Source: Nemertoderma westbladi
Taxonomy: Eukaryota > Animalia > Xenacoelomorpha
DNA length: 54,783 bases
Assembly (NCBI GenBank): GCA_032718475.1
Contig: JAUCBJ010000136.1
Coordinates: forward strand, 1-54,783
Direction of reading: 5' to 3'
The position numbers and the translations under genes are program-made. Positions 23,099 to 33,299 of this stretch are shown here, in pieces. Position 1 is the first letter of the stretch. Each line of letters opens with the position of its first letter. The notes under the pieces were generated by a model. The model searched no databases, was not told the DNA's origin, and worked only from the letters and a program-made list of their open reading frames with translations.

Positions 23099-23720
23099 CT
23101 CTTTATTATCCTAAAAACAATTTAAAATTAATATGAATATTGTTATATATATAATCAAAAAAATTCATAAGCTACTCAATACAAATAAAATATAATATCT
23201 AAACTTTAATTAATTTAATATTTTCAGAATGAGCTCGATTGAATCAGTTGAGCTCTTTATATATATATATTTCAAGTTTCTACTTATACCAACCAATCAT
23301 AAATAACAGTTACATTGGAAACTAATATCATAAATAAAGTTGCTTTTACAACTGAATTCTTTATAATAAAATCAAGTCTAAACCAAGATGTGCATAATGC
23401 ATTTTTAATTTTCATTGATAAAGTAGGTTTTACATGCTAATGTTTTATTATGGTGGTGTAAACTCATGCATTTATATGCGAATGTTTTATACCTAATCCC
23501 GTGCTCACATTAAATATAAACTATCACCAATATTTACTCAATAAAGTCACCTTTACATGCAAATACTTTATAATAATCACGCTTTGTGATAAAAAGTTAC
23601 CTTTACAAGTCAGTGTGAAACTGAAAAAGAAAAGTCTCTAGTTAATAATAAATCAATCTGATACTGTTTTTATATGTTCCTTATTGTAATCTGCTACCTC
23701 TTCACTTGCTTTTGTAACTT

Positions 23721-24695
23721 TTATTTTCTTTGTAGGTATAGAATCATTGTTGGGAATGGAAGATGTTTGAGATGTAGATCTGCGCTTTCTATCACTCGAT
23801 GTCTCTTCGATGTATGCTTTGGATTAAATGTGGATGAAACTACTTCTGGAAATGACTTATTAACCTTAAACTTCCAAGTTGGTTGATATAGAATCGCGAA
23901 ACCGTCTGCTATATCAGTTGATGAAACCTTTAACATCATATCGTGGAGAAACTCTATATGTGGTATGTCTTTATCGTAATGTAACTGTAAATATTTGCTT
24001 TCCTTGTCTGTAATAATTACTTTTTTTTCTTGTACATTTATTTTTACTTTAAGTCGGTCAGATAAAGCTTTATCGTCCGTATCTAGCTCTGAAAAGACAC
24101 CTTCGTTACTAATTTCATAATTCCATTCATACCACAATGAATTTACTTCCGATGCTGTTAAGTTAAACCCATTATAATACCTAAGACCAATAGCGTCAGA
24201 ATATCTAGCTGAAATCTCCCATAGTCCCATATAAGTCGTTCCTTTATATTTGCTTACAAAACCAACAAAAGATGGGTTGGTTAAATTAACAACAGAACAC
24301 TGATTTATTATTTCGAGTGGTGGTGATAACAATTCTAATATTTCTGTCTTACTCTGAAGCAATAAATTAATGAGTGATTTGTTTAGAATTTGACATTTGC
24401 CTTGCTTCTGAATATATACGTTTTCAGTAATAACACAGGTGGAAATATTTAACTTTCCTCTTGTAAATTCTATATTAGGATAAATATTACCTCTTGAAAC
24501 TGGTGATTCCTTTTGTCGGTTGATTAATATTTCTAAGACGTCTAGAAGGTAGAGTGTATCCTGGTAAGAGAAGCATGTTGTTACATTGCTATCGCTTGAG
24601 AGTAATATAAAGTACTTGCCATAAACAATACTACAGGTATATTTATTACATGTAAATTTCCAAGTATTGCTTGAAGTTTTTTTAAATAAATCCAT
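23721..24695 (-). CDS. Polinton accessory protein with a PC4/Sub1-like ssDNA-binding segment
   Basis: 324-aa ORF. Central FVSKYKGTTYMGLWE...NGFNLTASEVNSL resembles PC4 'VSVRDFKGKVLIDIRE...KGISLNPEQWSQL'. Confidence 0.5.
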   Translation of the reverse strand: MDLFKKTSSNTWKFTCNKYTCSIVYGKYFILLSSDSNVTTCFSYQDTLYLLDVLEILINRQKESPVSRGNIYPNIEFTRGKLNISTCVITENVYIQKQGKCQILNKSLINLLLQSKTEILELLSPPLEIINQCSVVNLTNPSFVGFVSKYKGTTYMGLWEISARYSDAIGLRYYNGFNLTASEVNSLWYEWNYEISNEGVFSELDTDDKALSDRLKVKINVQEKKVIITDKESKYLQLHYDKDIPHIEFLHDMMLKVSSTDIADGFAILYQPTWKFKVNKSFPEVVSSTFNPKHTSKRHRVIESADLHLKHLPFPTMILYLQRK

Positions 24696-25199
24696 AATTA
24701 GAATGAAAACTATTTTGAAAAATAAAAACTAAATAAATGATTATTAGAATGTAAAACTTCTGTTTATATGGTTGCTTTAATACAACAGAGTGACTTACAG
24801 TGAGGAATATAGTAGCTTCGTGTAACAGATGCAACGTGTACAGCTAAATTTATTACATTAGCGTGAGTTAGAGAGTGAAATAGCAGTAACGTGTAACAGA
24901 TGCAACGTGATCAATGCTAGCCCTGTCATTCTAACTTATATTCAACTTAGTTGATCGACCAGTTACATCGATAAAAGAAATCGATTATTATTAATAGTCG
25001 AATTAATGTATTCTACGCTATAGTAATTATGTTAAGGAACTAGAAGCTATTTATAAACATCTGCTACCAGTGATGAAGATGAAGAATTCAATGACTATGG
25101 TATAACTCAGATATTTATCGCCTTTTTCTCTCGAGGTTGGATGGAAGAGTGATTGGTGAGTTGTGAGGAGTTATATCGGTCCCGGGTTCGAACCCTGTT

Positions 25200-25632
25200 G
25201 AATATTTTGTTATCTGAAAAATTGCAAAATTAAATTTAGTTACTAGTGAAAAATAGCGATTTGAAAAATAGTAGACGTTACCTGTAGACACTCCTAGCAT
25301 CTGTAAAATAAAGGTTGGTAAAAAATTGCGATTTGAAAAATAATAGAAGTTACCTGATGCTAAGTGTAGACACCCGAACACCTGTAAAATAAAGGTTGGT
25401 GATTGGATGCAGTACTAGCGTTGGGTGACTAATAACGCCTCTAGCGGAATAAGCGGGAACTTGAGAAGTTACCATGGTTACGGATGAAATGCTGACATCT
25501 GATTGGTTGAAATAATAACGACCACTGCAAAAGGTTGAAATGGTGGCTTCTGATTGGATGCAGTACTAGAAATGGATGGTAATGATGGACTACGGGTGAC
25601 CTTGATGCCCAGGACATGTAATATATACTACT
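25200..25632. repeat. Putative Polinton right terminal region with short direct repeats
   Basis: Duplicated GCGATTTGAAAAATA, CTGTAAAATAAAGGTTGGT and GATTGGATGCAGTACTAG; ends in ACTACT. Confidence 0.55.
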
Positions 25633-25639
25633 AATATCA

Positions 25640-26045
25640 CTAAGCTTGGTGAATGCAGCGATCCTCCCGTCGAACTGTGTCAGAAAGATGTCGGCGAGTA
25701 TGGGACCCAATGGAGACCCCATAGCGACACCATCTTTCTGACAGACGTAGTTACCACGGCGATCCAGGAATACAACATCCTTGGTAGCTAACAGCATAAG
25801 ACCAATAAATTGGTCCTTGCTGATTGGCTGGCTATCAGAGGATGCCGCTCATACAGTAGAGCCGCAGCGAGCTGCACCGCCTCCCTCAGTGGGACGTTAT
25901 GAATACTCTCACAACGTCCAGGGAGTAGAGGCGGTCCGTGGGTTCTTCTACCTCTAGTTGGGCGAGACGATCGGCAGACCCAGAGCTGTTTGTAGATATC
26001 TTACCCTCGGGCAGCACATCCAACATATCTCTGAGATTGGTTGGT
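25640..26045 (-). pseudogene. Penelope-like element reverse transcriptase fragment
   Basis: Minus-strand translation (with frameshifts) gives LYSLDV...NVPLREAV...LLATKDVVF...Y.CQKDGVAMGSPLGPILADIF, then stops before the YVDD motif at the Polinton end. Confidence 0.8.
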
Positions 26046-26132
26046 ATTTCAACTCAGTTTAAAATATAACTTCTCCTCATCTGACATACAGTTTATAAAG
26101 TTAATGCAGTTGCAGTTGCACTCATGGGAGGC

Positions 26133-26968
26133 CGGTAAATTGACCAAATTTCTAAGTGGTTTTCTCTAGAAACCGGTAAATTGACCAAATTTCTAAGTGG
26201 TTTTCTCTAGAAACCGGTAAATTGACCAAATTTCTAAGTGGTTTTCTCTAGGAACCGGTAAATTGACCAAATTTCTAAGTGGTTTTCTCTAGAAACCGGT
26301 AAATTGACCAAATTTCAAAGTGGTTTTCTCTAGAAACCGGTAAATTGACCAAATTTCTAAGTGGTTTTCTCTAGAAACCGGTAAATTGACCAAATTTCTA
26401 AGTGGTTTTCTCTAGGAACCTGTAAATTGACCAAATTTCTAAGTGGTTTTCTCTAAAAACCGGTAAATTGACCAAATTTCAAAGTGGTTTTCTCTAGAAA
26501 CCGGTAAATTGACCAAATTTCTAAGTGGTTTTCTCTAGAAACTGGTAAATTGACCAAATTTCTAAGTGGTTTTCTCTAGAAACCGGTAAATTGACCAAAT
26601 TTCTAAGTGGTTTTCTCTAGAAACCGGTAAATTGACCAAATTTCTAAGTGGTTTTCTCTAGAAACCGGTAAATTGACCAAATTTCTAAGTGGTTTTCTCT
26701 AGGAACCGGTAAATTGACCAAATTTCAAAGTGGTTTTCTCTAGAAACCGGTAAATTGACCAAATTTCTAAGTGGTTTTCTCTAGAAACCGGTAAATTGAC
26801 CAAATTTCTAAGTGGTTTTCTCTAGGAACCGGTAAATTGACCAAATTTCTAAGTGGTTTTCTCTAGAAACCGGTAAATTGACCAAATTTCAAAGTGGTTT
26901 TCTCTAGAAACCGGTAAATTGACCAAATTTCTAAGTGGTTTTCTCTAGGAACCGGTAAATTGACCAAA
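26133..26968 (+). repeat. 41-bp tandem satellite, ~20 copies (AACCGGTAAATTGACCAAATTTCTAAGTGGTTTTCTCTAGA)
   Basis: Near-identical units at 41-bp spacing (e.g. 26171, 26212). Confidence 0.97.
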
Positions 26969-27158
26969 GATAAAAAAATTTTCTAAGTGGTTTGACACGG
27001 GAACTGGTAAAATAACATAAAAAAATTCGAAAATGGCGGCCCCCCAAACAGGAACGTCCCAAGAACGATATTATATAGTGTTTACAAAATATATTGAACT
27101 CTAGTATTTTACTATATTTCGTCCATCTGCGATTCCAATTATTGTACTCTTCAACTCC

Positions 27159-27779
27159 GGGTCCTACTAAAAACCGCAACTAACCGCAACTAATTCAGTA
27201 ATTGTCATTTTCATGCAGCCTCATGGTCTAGTGGTGACAACCTTAGGCTTCCACGTAGGAGGCCCTTGTTCGATCCCTGGACCAGGCAACGATGTTTTTG
27301 CAGTGTTTAATTCAACAGTGTTTTAATACGACAAAATTTATAATTAATGCTCTAATGTGATCAATATAAAACCAATATATGTTAATAACATTACTGTTAG
27401 AGGGTCCTACCAATTAGGCCAACCCCAAAATAGTCACAAAATACCACAAAAAGGCTAAACTATTACCGGCACCCCAAAATAAGCCAACAATGTTTAGAAA
27501 CGGCGAGGGAAAGGAGCAGGTTACAGTGGGAAGTTTTTCTAACCAAAACAATAAACGAGAGTGAAGAACAAGTATTTCGGGGTATTTTGGTTTGGGGTAA
27601 TTCGTAGGACCGTTTTTAAAACACTACACAAACAGAAAACAGTGCTACACGGTCAAGGCAGCAAGGGATCGAACAGGCAGACAGGGGCCTCGTAATTGGA
27701 AGCCCATGAATTTCGCCATTAATGCAGCTGCTTGAAAATAACAACTTGTTGCGGTAAATTGCGGTTTTTAGTAGGACCG
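27159..27779. mobile_element. MITE with ~30-bp TIRs and 8-bp TSD TCAACTCC
   Basis: GGGTCCTACTAAAAACCGCAAC... / ...TTGCGGTTTTTAGTAGGACCG; TCAACTCC at 27151-27158 and 27780-27787. Confidence 0.85.
27216..27290 (+). other. tRNA-derived (Gly-TCC-like) pseudo-tRNA/SINE head inside the MITE
   Basis: A-box-like TGGTCTAGTGG, loop GGCTTCCAC, B-box GTTCGATCC; poor acceptor stem. Confidence 0.5.
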
Positions 27780-28233
27780 TCAACTCCTGATGCTGCCTTA
27801 CTCAATGTTAAATAATTTAGTGTTCTCGAATATTTATTACGTAACAAGAGAACCGCTGAACTACATAAACTAATATTGGATATTGAGTTCAGTTTTGGAC
27901 GAAGACAAAGTTGCAATAACTTTTGAGGTGTGAATGGATTTTATTCAAATTAGTTGCAAACCTTTTCTACACAAGAACCTTTTCTTTCAACACAAGTAAT
28001 AAAATTATGAAATTCCACCAAAAACAATTTCACATTTTCTTATTTTCAATGTTTTACTTTTTTTCGCAGGGAAAAACTAAAATCAATGCAATCCTATGGG
28101 TTACTTCCTCTCTAGAGAAAAAATATCTACTTTTTCCCTACGATTGACTTCGTAATAAATTTAAAAAACACAACAGTTTTGTATGAGGAATGAATACATT
28201 AAACTGTTGGATAAAGTATCATATTCGCCGAGT

Positions 28234-29664
28234 TTACCGCAACGGTGAGGAATTCCCTATCTGATTGTGTTGACTCGGCGTCAAGGAAACGCCGCCGATA
28301 TCTGCGTCCCGCGGCGGCAGTTTGACGTGCAACTGGATGCGAAGCAACGCGGCTCGCAACGTCAACGCCTTGCAACGTCGCTCGTAGTCGCGGCAGATCT
28401 CGAGCCCGCGTTCGAACGTAGCGGTACGCGCGTGCGTGTCCTTAGCGTAGACTATCTTATTGTGCGAGTCGATCCTCGCCGCGATCTTCCCGTCCAGTAT
28501 CAAGGCCATCACCTCGTCCTCCAACGATCCCACGTCCGTGTTGAACGCCGTCGCCATCGCGTTCATATCCGCGGACACGTAAGGACTGAAGTACTGACAC
28601 AACGCTTTCTTACGTATCTGGGAGTAAAGAACGCCAACGTGTTCCGCAAGGTATATGTCCACGAGGAACACGTTCCGAAGTCCATCGAGCAGCCGTAGAC
28701 ACTGGGCGTAGGACGAGGCGTAGAAGGCGGAGACCGCGTCCCGTAGTTGGGGCTCCAAGTCAAGGAACTGCTTGAAGGAGGCGCTACCGAGCACCAGTTT
28801 GTGTAGCTCCGAGCGCTCGAACGTGGCCAATGCGGTGAGTCCGCCGTAAACGGCGACGTTCCCAGGGGATAGAACCTCGGGGAAGTCGCAATAATCAAAG
28901 GAAGCAGAAACAAAGGATTTAGCCGCCGCTTTGTACTTCTTCAGACCTAATTCTGCGATCCCAGCGGCACATTTCAGTTTGGTTTCGGTAGCAGCGTCAG
29001 CTACTGCGTCCTTGCGTTCCCGGTCTGCGTAATCAGCTGTCGCCACAGCTTTGTTTACAAAACTGTTGACATGGGACCAGTTCCTCAGATAGATGCTCAC
29101 CTTGATGACATTCAGGTTCATACTGATGTGGTGTTTGGTTGAGGTGCAGTAGTCCCTGGAGCGACTGTAGCACTTGAGCGCGTTGCAGAGATCCCCGGTG
29201 TCGAGGTAGTGATCGCCAAGGTCGTCATGACCGCGCCGGATACTCTCCTTTATTGAGTTGGCCTTGTAGTTCTTGAGGTCGGTGTCGAGTTTCTCGAGTT
29301 TCAGCGAGGATTTCTTTGCGGTGTTTTCAATCCAAGTCGTGTCTAACTGCGGTGGTGACGGGAGGTTTGCGTCGGATGAGTGGGAATTGATGACGTCGGT
29401 GAGTTTGGCGTGGAGACTCTGGTAGTTCTCAACGTTGTAGGTTGTCTGAGAGTATATCAATGCGAGTCGGAGCGCATCCAGCTTAAGGGAGCCACAATGG
29501 TCGGCGAGATATTCCAGTCGCTTCACCTTCGCATGTCCAATGTACTGGGAGGCATAGCTGTCCAGGTCCAGGGTGGAAGAGTCAACAACCAACTCCTGGG
29601 GTAAACCGGCCACATTTTCATTGTCCTCCGGCAAATCAACCTGCATGGGTTCTATGCTAGCCAT
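28234..29664 (-). CDS. GPS1: COP9 signalosome subunit 1 (CSN1/GPS1), single exon
   Basis: EPMQVD start, LEKLDTDLKNYKANSIKESIRRGHDDLGDHYLD.GDL.NALKCYSR.RDYCT, YGGL.ALATF.R.EL, QYFSPYVSADM..MA.AFNT, LILDG.I.ARIDSHNKI (RPN7 + PCI domains). Uninterrupted 476 aa; AATAAA on the minus strand near 27940. Confidence 0.96.
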   Translation of the reverse strand: MASIEPMQVDLPEDNENVAGLPQELVVDSSTLDLDSYASQYIGHAKVKRLEYLADHCGSLKLDALRLALIYSQTTYNVENYQSLHAKLTDVINSHSSDANLPSPPQLDTTWIENTAKKSSLKLEKLDTDLKNYKANSIKESIRRGHDDLGDHYLDTGDLCNALKCYSRSRDYCTSTKHHISMNLNVIKVSIYLRNWSHVNSFVNKAVATADYADRERKDAVADAATETKLKCAAGIAELGLKKYKAAAKSFVSASFDYCDFPEVLSPGNVAVYGGLTALATFERSELHKLVLGSASFKQFLDLEPQLRDAVSAFYASSYAQCLRLLDGLRNVFLVDIYLAEHVGVLYSQIRKKALCQYFSPYVSADMNAMATAFNTDVGSLEDEVMALILDGKIAARIDSHNKIVYAKDTHARTATFERGLEICRDYERRCKALTLRAALLRIQLHVKLPPRDADIGGVSLTPSQHNQIGNSSPLR

Positions 29665-29890
29665 ATCATTCCTATCTTTAATACTGCTATCCCCCTATGC
29701 CTATCACATTATCAGCCTATACAGACTAAATCCAGAAATTAGTGCACAGTGAATTATGTCTGTATGTGGTATGCTTATGCTGATATGTACGTTACGTCAG
29801 TACGTACAGCGGTACAGCGTCAGTGAGTCGGAGTCGGACTGTCCGAGAATGAAGGCCTACTGAACATAAGCGGGTTCATGGAGTAGATCT

Positions 29891-30686
29891 GGGGTGAATC
29901 ATTTCGACCTACGCGTAGGTGCGCGTAGGTCGACACATTGCAGCATTGGGTCATATATCACAAGTTTCAGAGTTTTATCATTAACTACAGTACGCGTAGG
30001 TGCTACGCATAGCTACGCGTAGGTGCTACGCATAACTATGCGTAATACGACGTTTATCATTAGTACAGTAGTACTGTAGGGCTACACATATTCCAAGCGG
30101 TTCAGTACAATACTGTATGTTCAATATACAACCATCAAATGTTTTCAACGGAAATATAACCATGATTATACACTATACAGTATTATCAGCTTTCGCTTAA
30201 CCACTTCAACGGTAGACTGGAGCTTATAGTACCGGTACCGTACTGTATAATATTTAAATTATCCAATGGAAGCAAAGAAACTTGGTAATATACGTGAATT
30301 TTAAGTTTACTTTTCATTCATCCTGTGTTTGTATGTGAAAGAGCGGAATATTATTTATTACCAGTGCTGTATGTATAGAGATATGAACTTCCGATTATGT
30401 TATTCCATTTGTCTGATAATCAGATACCTGACATATACCGATACTTGCCTAACAACTCAACTGTACCGGACCTGAAATTAAAAATCATTGTTATCAGGAC
30501 TGCTACGCGTAGCACCTACGCGTAGTTTCAAAATACCTACGCGTAGTTCCAAAAATACCTAAGCGTAGTTTTAAAACACCTACGTGTAGTTTTTAAAAAG
30601 GCAGTAAGTCTGGCCCTACCTGTAAATAACAGGAATGGTAGTTACAAACTACGCGTAGCTACGCGTAGGTCGAAAAGATTTACCCC
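29891..30686. mobile_element. MITE with TIRs GGGGT(G/A)AATC.TTTCGACCTACGCGTAG, flanked by AGATCT on both sides
   Basis: The two ends are reverse complements with ~2 mismatches; many internal CTACGCGTAG palindromes. Confidence 0.85.
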
Positions 30687-30709
30687 AGATCTGCAGATTT
30701 AATTGCTGT

Positions 30710-31471
30710 GTTTGACTTTTCCACGTAGGTGTAGCCTATGGGTTTGACTTTTCCACGTAGGTGTAGCCTATGGGTTTGACTTTTCCACGTAGGTGTAGCC
30801 TATGGGTTTGACTTTTCCACGTAGGTATGTAGCCTATGGGTTTGACTTTTCCACGTAGGTGTAGCCTATGGGTTTGACTTTTCCACGTAGGTGTAGCCTA
30901 TGGGTTTGACTTTTCCACGTAGGTGTAGCCTATGGGTTTGACTTTTCCACGTAGGTGTAGCCTATGGGTTTGACTTTTCCACGTAGGTGTAGCCTATGGG
31001 TTTGACTTTTCCACGTAGGTGTAGCCTATGGGTTTGACTTTTCCATGTAGGTGTAGCCTATGGGTTTGACTTTTCCACTTAGGTGTAGCCTATGGGTTTG
31101 ACTTTTCCACGTAGGTGTAGCCTATAGGTTTGACTTTTCCACGTAGGTGTAGCCTATGGGTTTGACTTTTCCACGTAGGTGTAGCCTATGGGTTTGACTT
31201 TTCCACGTAGGTGTAGCCTATGGGTTTGACTTTTCCACGTAGGTGTAGCCTATGGGTTTGACTTTTCCATGTAGGTGTAGCCTATGGGTTTGACTTTTCC
31301 ACGTAGGTGTAGCCTATGGGTTTGACTTTTCCACGTAGGTGTAGCCTATGGGTTTGACTTTTCCACGTAGGTGTAGCCTATGGGTTTGACTTTTCCACGT
31401 AGGTGTAGCCTATGGGTTTGACTTTTCCACGTAGGTGTAGCCTATGGGTTTGACTTTTCCACGTAGGTGTA
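30710..31471 (+). repeat. 32-bp tandem satellite, ~24 copies (GTTTGACTTTTCCACGTAGGTGTAGCCTATGG)
   Basis: Near-identical units at 32-bp spacing (30742, 30774...). Confidence 0.97.
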
Positions 31472-32689
31472 ACCAACGCGTGGGCTACGCCTAGGCGATG
31501 GAATACAGTTTCGCGTAGGTAATTTTTTGCGTACGTAACCAATGAATTAATCGAATTTGAGCATTCATAAAAGCTTGGTGAATTCAAATAAGATCAATAC
31601 AGATATATCAAGTTGTTTGGTATCATCTGGCCACGAGCTACCGCGATGCAAGTAGATATATACCGCGAGTATATATAGGGATAATATATAGTTATACCCA
31701 GGCGCGGATCCAGAATATTTCTGGGGGGGGGGGGGGGGGGGGGGGGGGTCATACCCAAACAATCCCTTGCATTACCCTACAGCCCTACTGCCTGCCTTTT
31801 TACAACTAGGTACTGTAGGGTATAATTGGTTTACCACAGCATATCGGCAATGGAAATACTACAATTCTAGATTGAACGCGATTGAACGCGATTGCGGTTG
31901 TAGTGAAAGAAACCCTATACTCCTTCCGCCCCACGGGAGATTCAAATTACTCCGATAAAGTGTAGATCGCGACTTACTGGTGCGAACAACTTACGGGCAC
32001 GCCGCGGTCGTGGAACTACTGTAGAGTACAATGTTTTATCGAGTCGATATCGGATAATCCATATGATTATCGTTCCTGGGAGGTTACTTACTGGCCTTCC
32101 CCCTACAGTATGTAGAATATTTCTGTTACTAGGGAAGGAGAATTCTTACAGGTTATGCATACAAGATTTCTCTCATCTCAGGTATGATTGACAGATCAAT
32201 CAATGTTTCATAATGGGGAGGATAATTATAACATTAATCGAAGGTTGCTACACAAAAGATATTTTGGATGCAATAAAATTACAGACGTTTGAACGATGTT
32301 AAAAAATTACTGCTTTGCTCAGAATTATATTATTTTTATATTAGGGCCTACATATTTATACCATTCATACAGTATTTATCCATAATCCGTGTAGGGCCTA
32401 TTATACAGTATGAAATCTATGTTCCAAATCAAATGCAGTATTCTCGCTCTGTATTCTGCGCTAAATATATAATCACATTTTAATTTTTTTATCACTAAAA
32501 TTAATCATTTTTTCAACTAAATCTCTTCCACTATAATATTAATCATTCTTCCACTATTTTTATTGCGCTTTTTTCACTAAATTTAACCATTATCCACTAA
32601 AATTAATTATTCATAACTATTTTTTATTGGCATTGGGATTGGGATTCGAAGTAAGTACCGGGACATATTTTATTTGTTATAAAAGCTCA

Positions 32690-33170
32690 CAGCTGTAACC
32701 TGCTCCTTTCCCCAATTGGTAACAACAATGTTTATTGTTTTGGTTAAAAATCGCAACTCTGTAAACTGCTCTCCTTTAGTCCCTACCACAATTGGTAACA
32801 AAATTGTGTATTGTTTTGGTTAAAAATCCCACTTCTGTAATCTGTTCCATTACCTCCATTGTTAACAGCATCGTTTATTTGTTTTAGTTAGAAAAGCTAT
32901 CTGTTTACTGTTTTGGTTATAAAAGCCTACCTCTGTAACCTGCTCTTTCACCTGAATTGGTAACAACATTGTTTATTGTTTTGGTTGAAAAATCTCACCT
33001 CTGTAACCAGCTCCTTTACTTCAATTGATAACATCATTTGTTTATTGTTTTATGGTTAGTAAAATCCACCTCTGTAACGTGCTCCTTTCCCTCAATTGAC
33101 AACATTATTTAATGTTTTGGTTAGAAAAACGCATCATTGTAACCTGCTCTACTCTTTCAATTGGTAACTT
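32690..33170 (+). repeat. Degenerate ~60-bp tandem repeat (CTGTAACCTGCTCCTTT...AATTGGTAACAAC...TTTATTGTTTTGGTT)
   Basis: About 8 diverged units; related copies at ~27500-27560 (reverse) and ~54630-54780. Confidence 0.75.
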
Positions 33171-33299
33171 CTATTTAACGAACTAAAGCATTGTAGTCTA
33201 ACTGTAGTACAAATAGGCGTACTACACTACACGGGTACTGGAGTACGGTACACGACCAAACAGTCAGATAGGGGGAAAAACTAATAGTTAGGAATTGAT

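Larger units (their letters stand above)
9745..25632. mobile_element. Polinton/Maverick (adintovirus-like) endogenous DNA virus/transposon, left terminus missing
   Basis: Co-located ATPase, retroviral-type integrase, minor and major capsid, adenain protease and protein-primed PolB in two convergent blocks. Right end ...ATATATACTACT (25632) matches the AGTAGT-type Polinton terminus on the minus strand. Left boundary approximate. Confidence 0.93.

Noticed and set aside
25441-25797. 118-aa ORF as a real gene
   Set aside because: Chimeric read-through from the Penelope RT fragment into the Polinton terminal sequence.
28234-29664. CSN1 as Polinton cargo
   Set aside because: It lies ~2.6 kb outside the apparent right terminus, beyond a Penelope fragment, a satellite and a MITE, and differs in base composition.
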